Below are positions 17,463-26,344 of a DNA stretch of 64,000 nt, piece after piece; position 1 is the first letter of the stretch, and each line of letters begins with the position of its first letter. Source of the DNA: Fimbriimonadia bacterium (GTDB taxonomy: Bacteria; Armatimonadota; Fimbriimonadia; Fimbriimonadales; JABRVX01). A program made the position numbers and the translations under genes. The notes under the pieces were generated by a model. That model saw only the letters and a list, made by a program, of their open reading frames with translations. It did not search any database and was not told the origin of the DNA. The stretch lies in assembly GCA_041483895.1 (NCBI GenBank), contig JBGPGO010000005.1, forward strand, positions 168,632 to 232,631, in the 5' to 3' direction.

Positions 17463-19823
17463 ATGGCCATCCTAATCGCCTTTCTACTCCAACTCGCCGT
17501 CCCGCGACAACTACCCAAGCTGGAAGAGATCCCGTTCACCCAAGTCAAAATCGCCGACAACTTCTGGGCGCCAAAGCAGGAAGTCAACCGCAAAGTCTCC
17601 ATCCCACATCTGTTCCAGAAACTTGAAGAGGTGGGAACGATCCGGAACTTCGAACGCGCGGCCAAGGGCGAACACACGGGCTATGAGGGACTGATTTTCT
17701 CCGATTCCGATCTGTACAAGACAATCGAATCGGCCTCCTACTCGCTGGCCTCACATCCGGACAAAGCTTTGGATGCAAAGCTGGATGCGCTGATAGCAAA
17801 AATCGCCGCCGCGCAGATGCCGGACGGATATCTGGACACCTGGTTCCAGGTCAACGCGCCGGACAAACGTTGGACAAATCTGCGCGACACCCATGAACTA
17901 TATTGCGCGGGCCACATGTTCGAGGCCGCGGTAGCTCACTATCAGGCGACGGGTAAAAGGACGTTCCTAAATGTGGCGATCAAGCTGGCCGACCTCATCG
18001 CCGAACGATTCGGTCCCGATAAGAAAATGGGCTACCCCGGCCATCCGGAATGCGAGCTGGCGCTTATGAAACTGTGGCACGCGACTGGGGACAAGAAATA
18101 TTTCGAGCTCGCACGGTTCTTCATCGAAAATCGCGGCAGCCACTATTTCGCCACGGAGCACAACACGCCGCCGGATCGTTACGATGGCTCCTATTGGCAG
18201 GACGATGTGCCAATTCGCGATCACAATTCCATCGTCGGCCATGCCGTGCGCGCGGGCTATCTGTTTTCCGGCGCCACGGATGTGGCACGCGAAACGGACG
18301 ATGAAGGTCTGCTGGCCATGCTCGAACGGGTGTGGAAGAACACCACGCAAAGGCGCATGTATGTTACCGGCGGGATGGGGCCGTCTGCCAGCAATGAGGG
18401 CTTCACCACCGACTACGATTTGCCTAACTTAACTGCCTATCAGGAGACCTGCGCATCGGTGGCTATGGTGCTATGGAATCATCGACTCAATCTGTTATAT
18501 GGCAATGCAAAGTACGCTGATGTCATGGAGACGGCGCTCTACAATGGCATGCTGGCGGGCGTGTCATTGGATGGCAGCAAGTTTTTCTATGTCAATTCAC
18601 TGGAGAGCAAAGGCAATCATCACCGATCGAGTTGGTTTGTCTGCGCCTGCTGCCCGCCCAACGAAACGCGAACATTAGCCTCGCTGGGCAGCTATATCTA
18701 CGCGAAATCGAAAGACTCGCTATATGTTAATCTCTACGTCGCGGGAAGCGTTGAGACCACAATTGCTGACAAAACGATCAAGATGGATGTTGAGACGAAC
18801 TATCCGTGGAATGGAGCTGTAAAAATTGTTCTGAAATTAGAAAGGGCGATGCAATTCGCACTGCGTCTTCGCGCGCCCATCTGGAACGGCACTCCGAAGT
18901 CCGCATTCAAACCCTTTGTGAGCACACCGAGAATAAACGACGGATATCAGAAGGTGGAGATCAAGGACGGTTACTATGTCATAGACCGCATATGGAAGCC
19001 AAATGATATTGTTACATTTGATCTGCAAATGAAACCGCGAATGATAGTTTCCGATCCACGCGTCAAGGACAACATCGGCCGCGTTGCATTGGCCAAAGGG
19101 CCGCTCATCTACTGCCTGGAGGCGTGTGACAATGTCGCGGCGTTTTCTTCTATCTACGTCAACACTGAGGAATCTATTTACGTGGGCGAGAACAAGGCAC
19201 TTGGTGTTCAAACGCTTGAGTTCCCAGGCCGCGTCGCCGATGTCGCGCCGAGAAGAGGACTCTACAATTCCCCGGAGCCACCAACGACAAAACCAATCAC
19301 CGCCATCCCCTACTACGCCTGGGACAATAGAAAACCCGGCGAAATGAAGGTCTGGATCCCCACTTCCCCGCCCCCACCCATCGTAGGTGGAGCGGAGTTG
19401 AGCGCAAAAGTAAACATGTCCTTCATCAGCGAAAACTGCTCCCCGTGGGCCATTAACGACGGCGTCGTCCCGGACAAATCCAACTCCCATCCCGGCGACC
19501 TCGCCCACTGGTGGCCTCACAAAGGCGGCCAGGAATGGGTGCAGTACACCTGGACCCAACCTGTAACCGTCAATGGCTCAAAAGTCTATTGGTTCGATGA
19601 CACCGGCACCGGCGAATGCCGCTTCCCCGCCTCCTGGAAACTAGAGTACAAGGAAGGCGACGAGTGGAAGCCGATCGGGGCCAAATATGCGGTCGCGCCC
19701 GATAAATGGTGCGATGTCAGCTTCAAACCGATTAAAACAACCGCCCTCCGACTCATCGTTGACATGCAGCCCAACTGGGCCGCCGGCATCCATGAGTGGA
19801 AGGTGATCACCGAAGAAGACTAG
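17463..19823 (+). CDS. Beta-L-arabinofuranosidase-like GH127 with C-terminal F5/8-type (CBM32-like) domain
   Basis: DSDLYK, HELYCAGH, GHPECE, VGHAVRA, ETCAS, CACCPPN, IPYYAWDNR. Confidence 0.93.
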   Translation: MAILIAFLLQLAVPRQLPKLEEIPFTQVKIADNFWAPKQEVNRKVSIPHLFQKLEEVGTIRNFERAAKGEHTGYEGLIFSDSDLYKTIESASYSLASHPDKALDAKLDALIAKIAAAQMPDGYLDTWFQVNAPDKRWTNLRDTHELYCAGHMFEAAVAHYQATGKRTFLNVAIKLADLIAERFGPDKKMGYPGHPECELALMKLWHATGDKKYFELARFFIENRGSHYFATEHNTPPDRYDGSYWQDDVPIRDHNSIVGHAVRAGYLFSGATDVARETDDEGLLAMLERVWKNTTQRRMYVTGGMGPSASNEGFTTDYDLPNLTAYQETCASVAMVLWNHRLNLLYGNAKYADVMETALYNGMLAGVSLDGSKFFYVNSLESKGNHHRSSWFVCACCPPNETRTLASLGSYIYAKSKDSLYVNLYVAGSVETTIADKTIKMDVETNYPWNGAVKIVLKLERAMQFALRLRAPIWNGTPKSAFKPFVSTPRINDGYQKVEIKDGYYVIDRIWKPNDIVTFDLQMKPRMIVSDPRVKDNIGRVALAKGPLIYCLEACDNVAAFSSIYVNTEESIYVGENKALGVQTLEFPGRVADVAPRRGLYNSPEPPTTKPITAIPYYAWDNRKPGEMKVWIPTSPPPPIVGGAELSAKVNMSFISENCSPWAINDGVVPDKSNSHPGDLAHWWPHKGGQEWVQYTWTQPVTVNGSKVYWFDDTGTGECRFPASWKLEYKEGDEWKPIGAKYAVAPDKWCDVSFKPIKTTALRLIVDMQPNWAAGIHEWKVITEED

Positions 19824-19886
19824 ATACTCCTGGCGTGGCTGGAACCGCATATCGAGAACTCGCGTCAGTCGATTAGGAGGAGAACT

Positions 19887-20327
19887 ATGAAATTTCTAAA
19901 CAAACCCGTTCATCTGATCATCATCAGCACTGGTCTGCTGATAATCGGAGCCGTTTCCTTCGTTGGATGCCGATCATCAGGCCCGCAAGATACTCTGAGA
20001 GTGAGGCGACTCGAAATAGTCGATGACAAAGGCAAGACCCAAGGAATTCTCTTTGCCGACAAAGACGGCGCCGTGCTGAGCCTTAACGACTCCGATGGAA
20101 AGCCCAGGATCGTAATTGCGGCAGGGGCGACGAAACCATCGCTGGAGATATACGACGCGACCGGAAAGGTCCGACTTATCGCCTCGGTCGAAAAGGACGG
20201 ATCGGCTCTTGCAATCAATAACGGATCGGGAATACCGGTCGCCACGATCGGCTATTACCAAGACCAAAGCTGGGTCGCGGTAAACGACCCAGCCGGTAAT
20301 CTCGTCGCGCGTCTTCCCGCGAAATAA
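19887..20327 (+). CDS. Hypothetical lipoprotein with beta-strand repeats
   Basis: AGGAGG RBS; lipobox-like FVGC; repeated L-x-D-x-x-GK-x-R units. Confidence 0.7.
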   Translation: MKFLNKPVHLIIISTGLLIIGAVSFVGCRSSGPQDTLRVRRLEIVDDKGKTQGILFADKDGAVLSLNDSDGKPRIVIAAGATKPSLEIYDATGKVRLIASVEKDGSALAINNGSGIPVATIGYYQDQSWVAVNDPAGNLVARLPAK

Positions 20328-20813
20328 CTATCGATTCATCGCCGCAAGCACGCGTTGATAATTCGAGCTAGGGGCCGGTGCTGTCGTTACGGACGAAGCG
20401 CCTTGCCGCCCTCGTCCGCTCTGGCCAATCACAAGGCCCTCTCTATAGCCGCTCTTGTAGCCCTCCGCCATGCCCTTGCGGTAGGCGGAACTGATCAGAG
20501 ACTGGACCCGCGACGAGGATCCCAGGCTCTGGCTTGATGGAGCGGATGTCAGAGTGCGGTATTTCGCCGCAGCTTTTTCGCGCCGATGGCGGGCATTGAT
20601 GTCGTCCTGCATTAGCTTCGTCGCATAGGCAGTGCCGCCCAGGCCCAAAACGCCAAGGACCCGCGTGTCGCGGCGAGATAGCAGGTACAGCGAACCAATT
20701 CCCAATCCATAGGCCGTATTTCGACGACCTTCCTCGCTGGCACGAACCGGCCCAGGGTACGGAACTATCATCAGGCTTGCAAATAGAATGACAACTACGC
20801 TTCGATACTTCAT
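20328..20813 (-). CDS. Hypothetical secreted protein
   Basis: AGGAGG RBS; signal peptide; glycine-rich hydrophobic segments. Confidence 0.7.
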   Translation of the reverse strand: MKYRSVVVILFASLMIVPYPGPVRASEEGRRNTAYGLGIGSLYLLSRRDTRVLGVLGLGGTAYATKLMQDDINARHRREKAAAKYRTLTSAPSSQSLGSSSRVQSLISSAYRKGMAEGYKSGYREGLVIGQSGRGRQGASSVTTAPAPSSNYQRVLAAMNR

Positions 20814-20903
20814 TGTCTTTCGCCTCCTATATGTCTTCCAATTAATCAGACTGGCAGTTGATAGATCGCGTCAGAAGAAAACGATCAGAAGCAACGACCA
20901 ATT

Positions 20904-21338
20904 CTAAAGCTTGATGTCGGCGATTGCGGAAACGCCCACGCCATCAACGCGGTCGAGCGATTTACCAGGCGTCTTGGTAGAAATCGGCACGAGCGCCTTC
21001 AGCCGCAACGCCCGGCGCGCAAAATCGCCCTCGACCTGCCCAACGGCCTGCACCTTATCCACCTGGGCGACTGGTCCCATCACCTGCGCGATGCCGACAT
21101 AGCCGCCCTGACCGATGCTGAGAATCGGGACGATCTTGGTTTTCACAACATCCGTTGCCTTGAACTGGGTCAAACTGTTGATGCCCTTATCGATATCCTT
21201 GCCGAATTTGTCGGCCACAAGCACCGCTCCGCCCGCCTTGAGAGCCGCTCGGAACAGATCGTCGAACTGTCCGCTCGCAACTCCAAAAACGAGAAGCACA
21301 GAAAGTAAAACCGCAATTCTGGTGATCTTCGCTTTCAT
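20904..21338 (-). CDS. Hypothetical secreted protein
   Basis: GGAGG RBS; signal peptide; 144-aa ORF. Confidence 0.75.
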   Translation of the reverse strand: MKAKITRIAVLLSVLLVFGVASGQFDDLFRAALKAGGAVLVADKFGKDIDKGINSLTQFKATDVVKTKIVPILSIGQGGYVGIAQVMGPVAQVDKVQAVGQVEGDFARRALRLKALVPISTKTPGKSLDRVDGVGVSAIADIKL

Positions 21339-21387
21339 TTTTCCCCTCCAATCAATAGACGCAACCGAGCGGGGTCAATGTTCCCAG

Positions 21388-22107
21388 TTAGGCCTGTGTG
21401 CCGACGGCTAGTTTCGACGCAGCAACAAGATCGATGAACCAAATCAACTCACCGTCGCAGTGAATCCCCTGCGCCGGGTTCACGAACGGCTCATAATCCC
21501 CCTCCAATGCGCGATGCACCGCAGGCGCCGTCTCGGCCCCGGATGCCAGAACCCATACGTGGTCGGCGAAGGACAGCGCGAGAGGACTTAGCGTAATCCA
21601 CTTCTGCGTGGAACCGGGGGGGCGGCTCTGCTCGACCAGCCGCGGAACCATGCCCGCATCGAATTCCGGAAAGATCGCCGCAATCGTCCCGTCCGGCGAT
21701 AGACTGACGAGAGCCAAATCCAGCGGCTCGACGTCGTTCTCATATCGGCGGCATTCGGATTGGATGTCCGCATGTTCCCCATGAATTCTGTGGACGGTTC
21801 CGATTGGAAGATGCTGCAAGAAGGACGTTTCGGCCCTGGCGAACTGGTTGTCCGGATGGTCCGTGGCTGCATGAATATCGTGCGTGAAGATAAGCGAGAC
21901 CTTTCCCCATTCGACTGCGGATTTGAATTCGCTCGTTGTCAGCAATTGGGCAATAGCGATCAAATCTCCCTGGAATCCCATGGCGACCCGAAACCGGCCC
22001 CGCGCTTTTATGCACTCTTGCGCCAACCGCACAAACCGCTGGGCAACGATCCGGGTAAGGGCCTGTGGATCGTCGACAAGTCGAATCGTGCGAACATCTC
22101 CGGCCAT
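21388..22107 (-). CDS. pgl: 6-phosphogluconolactonase-family protein with degenerate catalytic motifs
   Basis: Overall NagB/Pgl pattern (ARGRFRVA, VEWGKV, VHRIHGE, DLALV, ITLS, WFID); lies directly behind tkt. Confidence 0.75.
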   Translation of the reverse strand: MAGDVRTIRLVDDPQALTRIVAQRFVRLAQECIKARGRFRVAMGFQGDLIAIAQLLTTSEFKSAVEWGKVSLIFTHDIHAATDHPDNQFARAETSFLQHLPIGTVHRIHGEHADIQSECRRYENDVEPLDLALVSLSPDGTIAAIFPEFDAGMVPRLVEQSRPPGSTQKWITLSPLALSFADHVWVLASGAETAPAVHRALEGDYEPFVNPAQGIHCDGELIWFIDLVAASKLAVGTQA

Positions 22108-22108
22108 G

Positions 22109-24106
22109 CTAGTTTGTCAAAAGGCTCATTGCGGTTGCGGCGATATTCTCCGGCGTAAACCCATATTCCTGCATCAGAATCTCAACCGGGGCGGAAGCGC
22201 CGAATTTGTCGATGCATACAGTCTTTCCTTCAAGGCCGATATACCGCTCCCATCCCAACGGCGAAGCCGCCTCCACCGCGACCCTCTTCGTGATGGACGG
22301 CGGCAGGACGCAATCCCGATAGTCGCGCGGCTGCTGGTCGAAAAGCCGCCAGCACGGCATACTGACGACCCGCGCCGCCACGCCTCCGTCCGCCAATCGC
22401 TGCGCCGCCGCCAGGGTTGGATGGATCTCCGATCCCGTAGAGATCAAAATCACTTTCGGCCGCCCGGTACCAAAATCCGCCAAAACATATCCACCGTTTT
22501 GCAATCCCGAAGCAGGCGCGACGACGGATCGATCGAGCGTCGGAACCGATTGGCGGGTCAGGATCAGCAGCACAGGGCCGGACCGATGCTCCAATGCAAT
22601 CCTCCATGCTTCGGCCGTCTCGTTCGCATCGCAAGGCCGGATCACAAGGCAGTTCGGAACCGCGCGCATCGCGGCCAAATGCTCCACCGGCTGGTGTGTT
22701 GGTCCATCCTCACCCAATCCGATGCTGTCGTGCGTGTAAAGCATGATGAATCGGACGCCCGACAACGCAGCCAACCGGATCGGCGGCCGCATGTAGTCCG
22801 AAAAAACGAAGAAGGTCGAGCCGTACGGGATCACTCCGGGCGTAAGGGCCATGCCATGCAGTACGCCGCCCATCGCATGCTCCCGAATGCCGAAATGCAT
22901 GGTCCGCGCGTCGTAGGAATCGGCCTCAAAATCCTTGCTGCCCTTGACCGTCGTGTTCGTCGACCCCGCGAGGTCGCCGGATCCGCCGATCAGATTCGGC
23001 AGCCGCGACGCGATGGCGGTCAAAACGTTCCCGGATGCGACGCGGGTCGCCATTCCTTTCTCCGGTCCAAACGTGGGAATTTCGGCGTCCCATCCGTCCG
23101 GAAGCCGCCCGGCGATCGATTCGAGATACTCGCCGGCCTCAGCCGGAAAAGCCGCCTGATAGGAGGCGAATTGCGTCTGCCACGCCTCGTATCGCGCCGT
23201 GCCCTCATCCACTGTATTTCGCATTTCGGCGTACACCTCGTCCGGCACAGTAAACGGCTCTTCGTATGGCCAACCGAGATTCTTCTTTGTCAGCGCGACC
23301 TCTTCCGCGCCCAGCACGGACCCATGCGCCGCAGCGGTGTCCTGTTTATTCGGACTCCCATATCCGATGTGGGATCGCAATCGAATGAATGAGGGCCGGT
23401 CGGACGACTGCGATCGAGAGAGCGCCGATCCAATGGCTTCAAGGTCGTTTGCGTCTTCCAAATGTTGGGTGGACCAGCCGTACGACTCAAATCGCCGGCA
23501 AACATCTTCCGAAAAGGAAAGCGAGGTATTGCCATCGATCGTGATGTGATTGTCGTCATAGATGGCGGTGATGTTCGACAGCCGCAGATGCCCCGCGAGC
23601 GATGCGGCCTCCGAGGCAATCCCCTCCATCATATCGCCGTCCGAGCAGACCACGTAGATTCTGTAATCGAAGATTTCGTGGCCAGGACGATTGAAGCGCG
23701 CCGCCATCCATTTCTGCGCCACCGCCATCCCGACCGCCGCACCGAACCCCTGCCCAAGCGGACCGGTCGTCACTTCCACGCCGGGAGTATGCCCGTACTC
23801 AGGATGTCCAGGCGTTTTGCTTCCCCACTGCCGAAAATTCTTGATCTCTTCCCGCGAAAGATCATATCCTGTCAAGTGGAGATAGGAGTAGAGCAGCATC
23901 GACGCATGTCCGCAAGACAGCACGAACCGATCGCGAACGGGCCAATCCGGGTTCCGTGGGCTGTGCCGAAGGACGTGCCGATACAGTACGTACCCGAGCG
24001 GCGCCAACGCCATCGGCGTACCTGGATGGCCGCAGGTCGCCTTTTCCACAGCATCCATTGCCAGAGTTCGGACCGTGTTGATGCACAGCTGTTCGAGTTG
24101 GGTCAT
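22109..24106 (-). CDS. tkt: Transketolase
   Basis: GHPGTPM, RDRFVLSCGH, TPGHPE, SDGDMMEG, FGIREHAM, THDSIGLGEDGPTHQP. Confidence 0.98.
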   Translation of the reverse strand: MTQLEQLCINTVRTLAMDAVEKATCGHPGTPMALAPLGYVLYRHVLRHSPRNPDWPVRDRFVLSCGHASMLLYSYLHLTGYDLSREEIKNFRQWGSKTPGHPEYGHTPGVEVTTGPLGQGFGAAVGMAVAQKWMAARFNRPGHEIFDYRIYVVCSDGDMMEGIASEAASLAGHLRLSNITAIYDDNHITIDGNTSLSFSEDVCRRFESYGWSTQHLEDANDLEAIGSALSRSQSSDRPSFIRLRSHIGYGSPNKQDTAAAHGSVLGAEEVALTKKNLGWPYEEPFTVPDEVYAEMRNTVDEGTARYEAWQTQFASYQAAFPAEAGEYLESIAGRLPDGWDAEIPTFGPEKGMATRVASGNVLTAIASRLPNLIGGSGDLAGSTNTTVKGSKDFEADSYDARTMHFGIREHAMGGVLHGMALTPGVIPYGSTFFVFSDYMRPPIRLAALSGVRFIMLYTHDSIGLGEDGPTHQPVEHLAAMRAVPNCLVIRPCDANETAEAWRIALEHRSGPVLLILTRQSVPTLDRSVVAPASGLQNGGYVLADFGTGRPKVILISTGSEIHPTLAAAQRLADGGVAARVVSMPCWRLFDQQPRDYRDCVLPPSITKRVAVEAASPLGWERYIGLEGKTVCIDKFGASAPVEILMQEYGFTPENIAATAMSLLTN

Positions 24107-24155
24107 TCAGCGCTCTGTTCCTCTCATCCCTTACCAATAATCACTTCACAACAAT

Positions 24156-24200
24156 ACTAGCTAATCCCTTCACAGTCAGACTGTGAAGGGATTAGCTAGT
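24156..24200. repeat. 45-nt perfect palindrome, a distal copy of RAYT-associated family C
   Basis: ACTAGCTAATCCCTTCACAGTC-A-GACTGTGAAGGGATTAGCTAGT; core matches the copies at 60905-61876. Confidence 0.9.
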
Positions 24201-24217
24201 CTGACCGCGACGTAATT

Positions 24218-25255
24218 CTAATATCCGGGTAATTGCAAATTGTAGCCGAGATCAGCGTCGTCCCGGAGGGACGGATCGAGCGTCACATTCAAATCGCCTC
24301 CCAACGAAACCTGTTTTGCCGCAACGCCCCCCGTAATCGTTATGGTTCCGTTGTTCGTGAAGGTCCCCGCCGGCGCATAGTAGAAGCCGGTAGTCGAACC
24401 GACGATTGAATCAGTTGTTATGGAATTTGCCAATACAAAGATTTTCGCGTTGCCAACAACCGTAATACCGGCCAACTTCAACCGGAATGTGCCGGTGACG
24501 ACGATAACAGTGTTCGTGGCCACCGCTCCTCCGGTCAACGTCAAGTTGCCTTCGACGTAGACGATCGCGGGAGACCCCGTCAGTAGGGACAACAACGTCG
24601 TATTCAGGTTGCCAATGTTCACTTTGCCGGCGATGGATTTATAGTAGTTGTAATCGATGGGCGGAAACGGGAGCTGCGGCGCGCCGACAGTGGTCGTTCC
24701 TGCCACTGTCGGGTTGGGTGGGCCGTCGATGTTCGTACCGACCAGCAGATTGCCGTTAACGGTACCGCCGTATGGCCACTTGACACGGTTGTTGGTGCGA
24801 ATGTCGCCCTTCGTCCCACCCGAGCCGGTTGTTACAACAGAACCGGCATCGAAGTTGTCATTCGCCGCAATCGCGTAGTCAAAGGGCCGCGCTACGTGAA
24901 AGCCCGGTCCGAGTATGCGGGTGACGGTGAGGGTCTGTCCATCATAGGTTGCCGTAGAGACTGCCTGAACGGACGCCCACGACGGGGTGTTGACCTGCGA
25001 AAGAACCACCTTGTAGCTGGACAGACCAACCGTGCCGTTGATGGTTTGATCCAAAGTCTGGGTGGCAATCAGCTCGTATTTTGCCCGCTCGATCCCCGCC
25101 TCGCAAGCATCGCGCAATCGTTGCCGCGCCGTCGCGCGATAGGCCCGCGAATAGGACGCGGTCGAGACTTCGATAACGGCAAGAGCCACAAGCGACCCGA
25201 TGGTGACAACCACCAACGCCAACAAGAGCGCGCCGCCCCGATCTTGCCGCTTCAT
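24218..25255 (-). CDS. PilX-like minor pilin with C-terminal beta-helix-like region
   Basis: RGGALLLALVVV cleavage site lacking E5; ACEAGIERA. Confidence 0.75.
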   Translation of the reverse strand: MKRQDRGGALLLALVVVTIGSLVALAVIEVSTASYSRAYRATARQRLRDACEAGIERAKYELIATQTLDQTINGTVGLSSYKVVLSQVNTPSWASVQAVSTATYDGQTLTVTRILGPGFHVARPFDYAIAANDNFDAGSVVTTGSGGTKGDIRTNNRVKWPYGGTVNGNLLVGTNIDGPPNPTVAGTTTVGAPQLPFPPIDYNYYKSIAGKVNIGNLNTTLLSLLTGSPAIVYVEGNLTLTGGAVATNTVIVVTGTFRLKLAGITVVGNAKIFVLANSITTDSIVGSTTGFYYAPAGTFTNNGTITITGGVAAKQVSLGGDLNVTLDPSLRDDADLGYNLQLPGY

Positions 25256-25893
25256 GGAGCGTTGTTCCTATAATATGTGACGAGCTGGATGCCCGCGCCT
25301 TCAGAGTTCACGACGCGCTTGCCTTGTAGAATCGACGCCATTACGGATTCATCGATGTTGAAATTGAGGGTAACCGTCTTGGAGACGCCATCAATGACCG
25401 GCAGGAAACCCCAGATGCCTTGCACCCTTGGCGCTCCGGAATAGTATGTGGACCAGGCTGTGTCTATCGTGTAGACGACACTTCCGGCCGGAGCTGTCGC
25501 CTTCCAAAGAGTATCGCCTGGGACAAGCTGGCTTCCCGTGCTGTCCGAAATATAGAAAAGTACTTTGCTGCCCGCTTGGAACTTCGCTTTTCCAAAAGCA
25601 TCGACTCTCCACGGTGCATATACGCCGCTGATAATCGTGTCCGGCATCGTACAAAGCAGACCGGGCTGTCCGTTCGCAATCGCTGCCGGTGAACACGAAA
25701 AGGCGTCCTCGATGGTCGGTCGCATTCGTTCAATCGCCTCGGCAATTTGGATGTTGACGGATGCCTGCGCCGCGACAGCCGCCGTCTCCCGCATGACGAA
25801 CGAATAGGCCATCACGCCGACGCTGATCGTCACCGACGACAACGCCGTGACGATAACCATCTCGATGAGGGTGAAGGCGCGACTACGGCCCAT
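25252..25893 (-). CDS. Minor pilin (PilW/GspJ-like)
   Basis: RAFTLIEMVIV prepilin motif. Confidence 0.85.
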   Translation of the reverse strand: MGRSRAFTLIEMVIVTALSSVTISVGVMAYSFVMRETAAVAAQASVNIQIAEAIERMRPTIEDAFSCSPAAIANGQPGLLCTMPDTIISGVYAPWRVDAFGKAKFQAGSKVLFYISDSTGSQLVPGDTLWKATAPAGSVVYTIDTAWSTYYSGAPRVQGIWGFLPVIDGVSKTVTLNFNIDESVMASILQGKRVVNSEGAGIQLVTYYRNNAP

Positions 25894-26272
25894 AGACCAT
25901 CGTCTCCAGCGTCACGCTGTTAGATAAGTTGCCAAGCCTGCCACCGGCCGTCCATGCGACCACCACCTGGACTGTCCACAGGTTTGTCCGCACTGCGTCT
26001 TTGGTATAAGTAACAGTTCCGGTCGATCCGGAAGGCAACCCGTTCAGCGATGCGATATTAACCGTCCCTGCCGTTCGCGTGGGCGCTGCTTTGGCAGTCT
26101 CTATGGTTGACTGTGCGATAGCCAAAGCATAAAGCCGGTATCGCGCTTTAATATTGACGCCGTGAGCGTACCGTATCGCTTCCACAGTCGCAGTAGCCCC
26201 TGTAGAAATCACCAGGAGCGCTATCAGCAGCTCAAGCAGAGTGAAACCCAGCCTACGTCTCAATTTCATCAT
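25883..26272 (-). CDS. Minor pilin (PilV/GspI-like)
   Basis: GFTLLELLIAL prepilin motif; VQVVVAW. Confidence 0.85.
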   Translation of the reverse strand: MMKLRRRLGFTLLELLIALLVISTGATATVEAIRYAHGVNIKARYRLYALAIAQSTIETAKAAPTRTAGTVNIASLNGLPSGSTGTVTYTKDAVRTNLWTVQVVVAWTAGGRLGNLSNSVTLETMVYGP

Positions 26273-26344
26273 TTCCCTTCCCCATTATCGGCATCTGAGA
26301 CATTCGCGCCGCCTGACCGAACCTACTATTGAGGGACCTGTACA

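Noticed and set aside
15054..19823. GH51/GH127 pair as a novel polysaccharide utilisation locus
   Set aside because: Both are known families, with no adjacent transporter or regulator.
21884..23392. 502-aa plus-strand ORF
   Set aside because: Antisense shadow of tkt/pgl; Arg-rich with no motifs.
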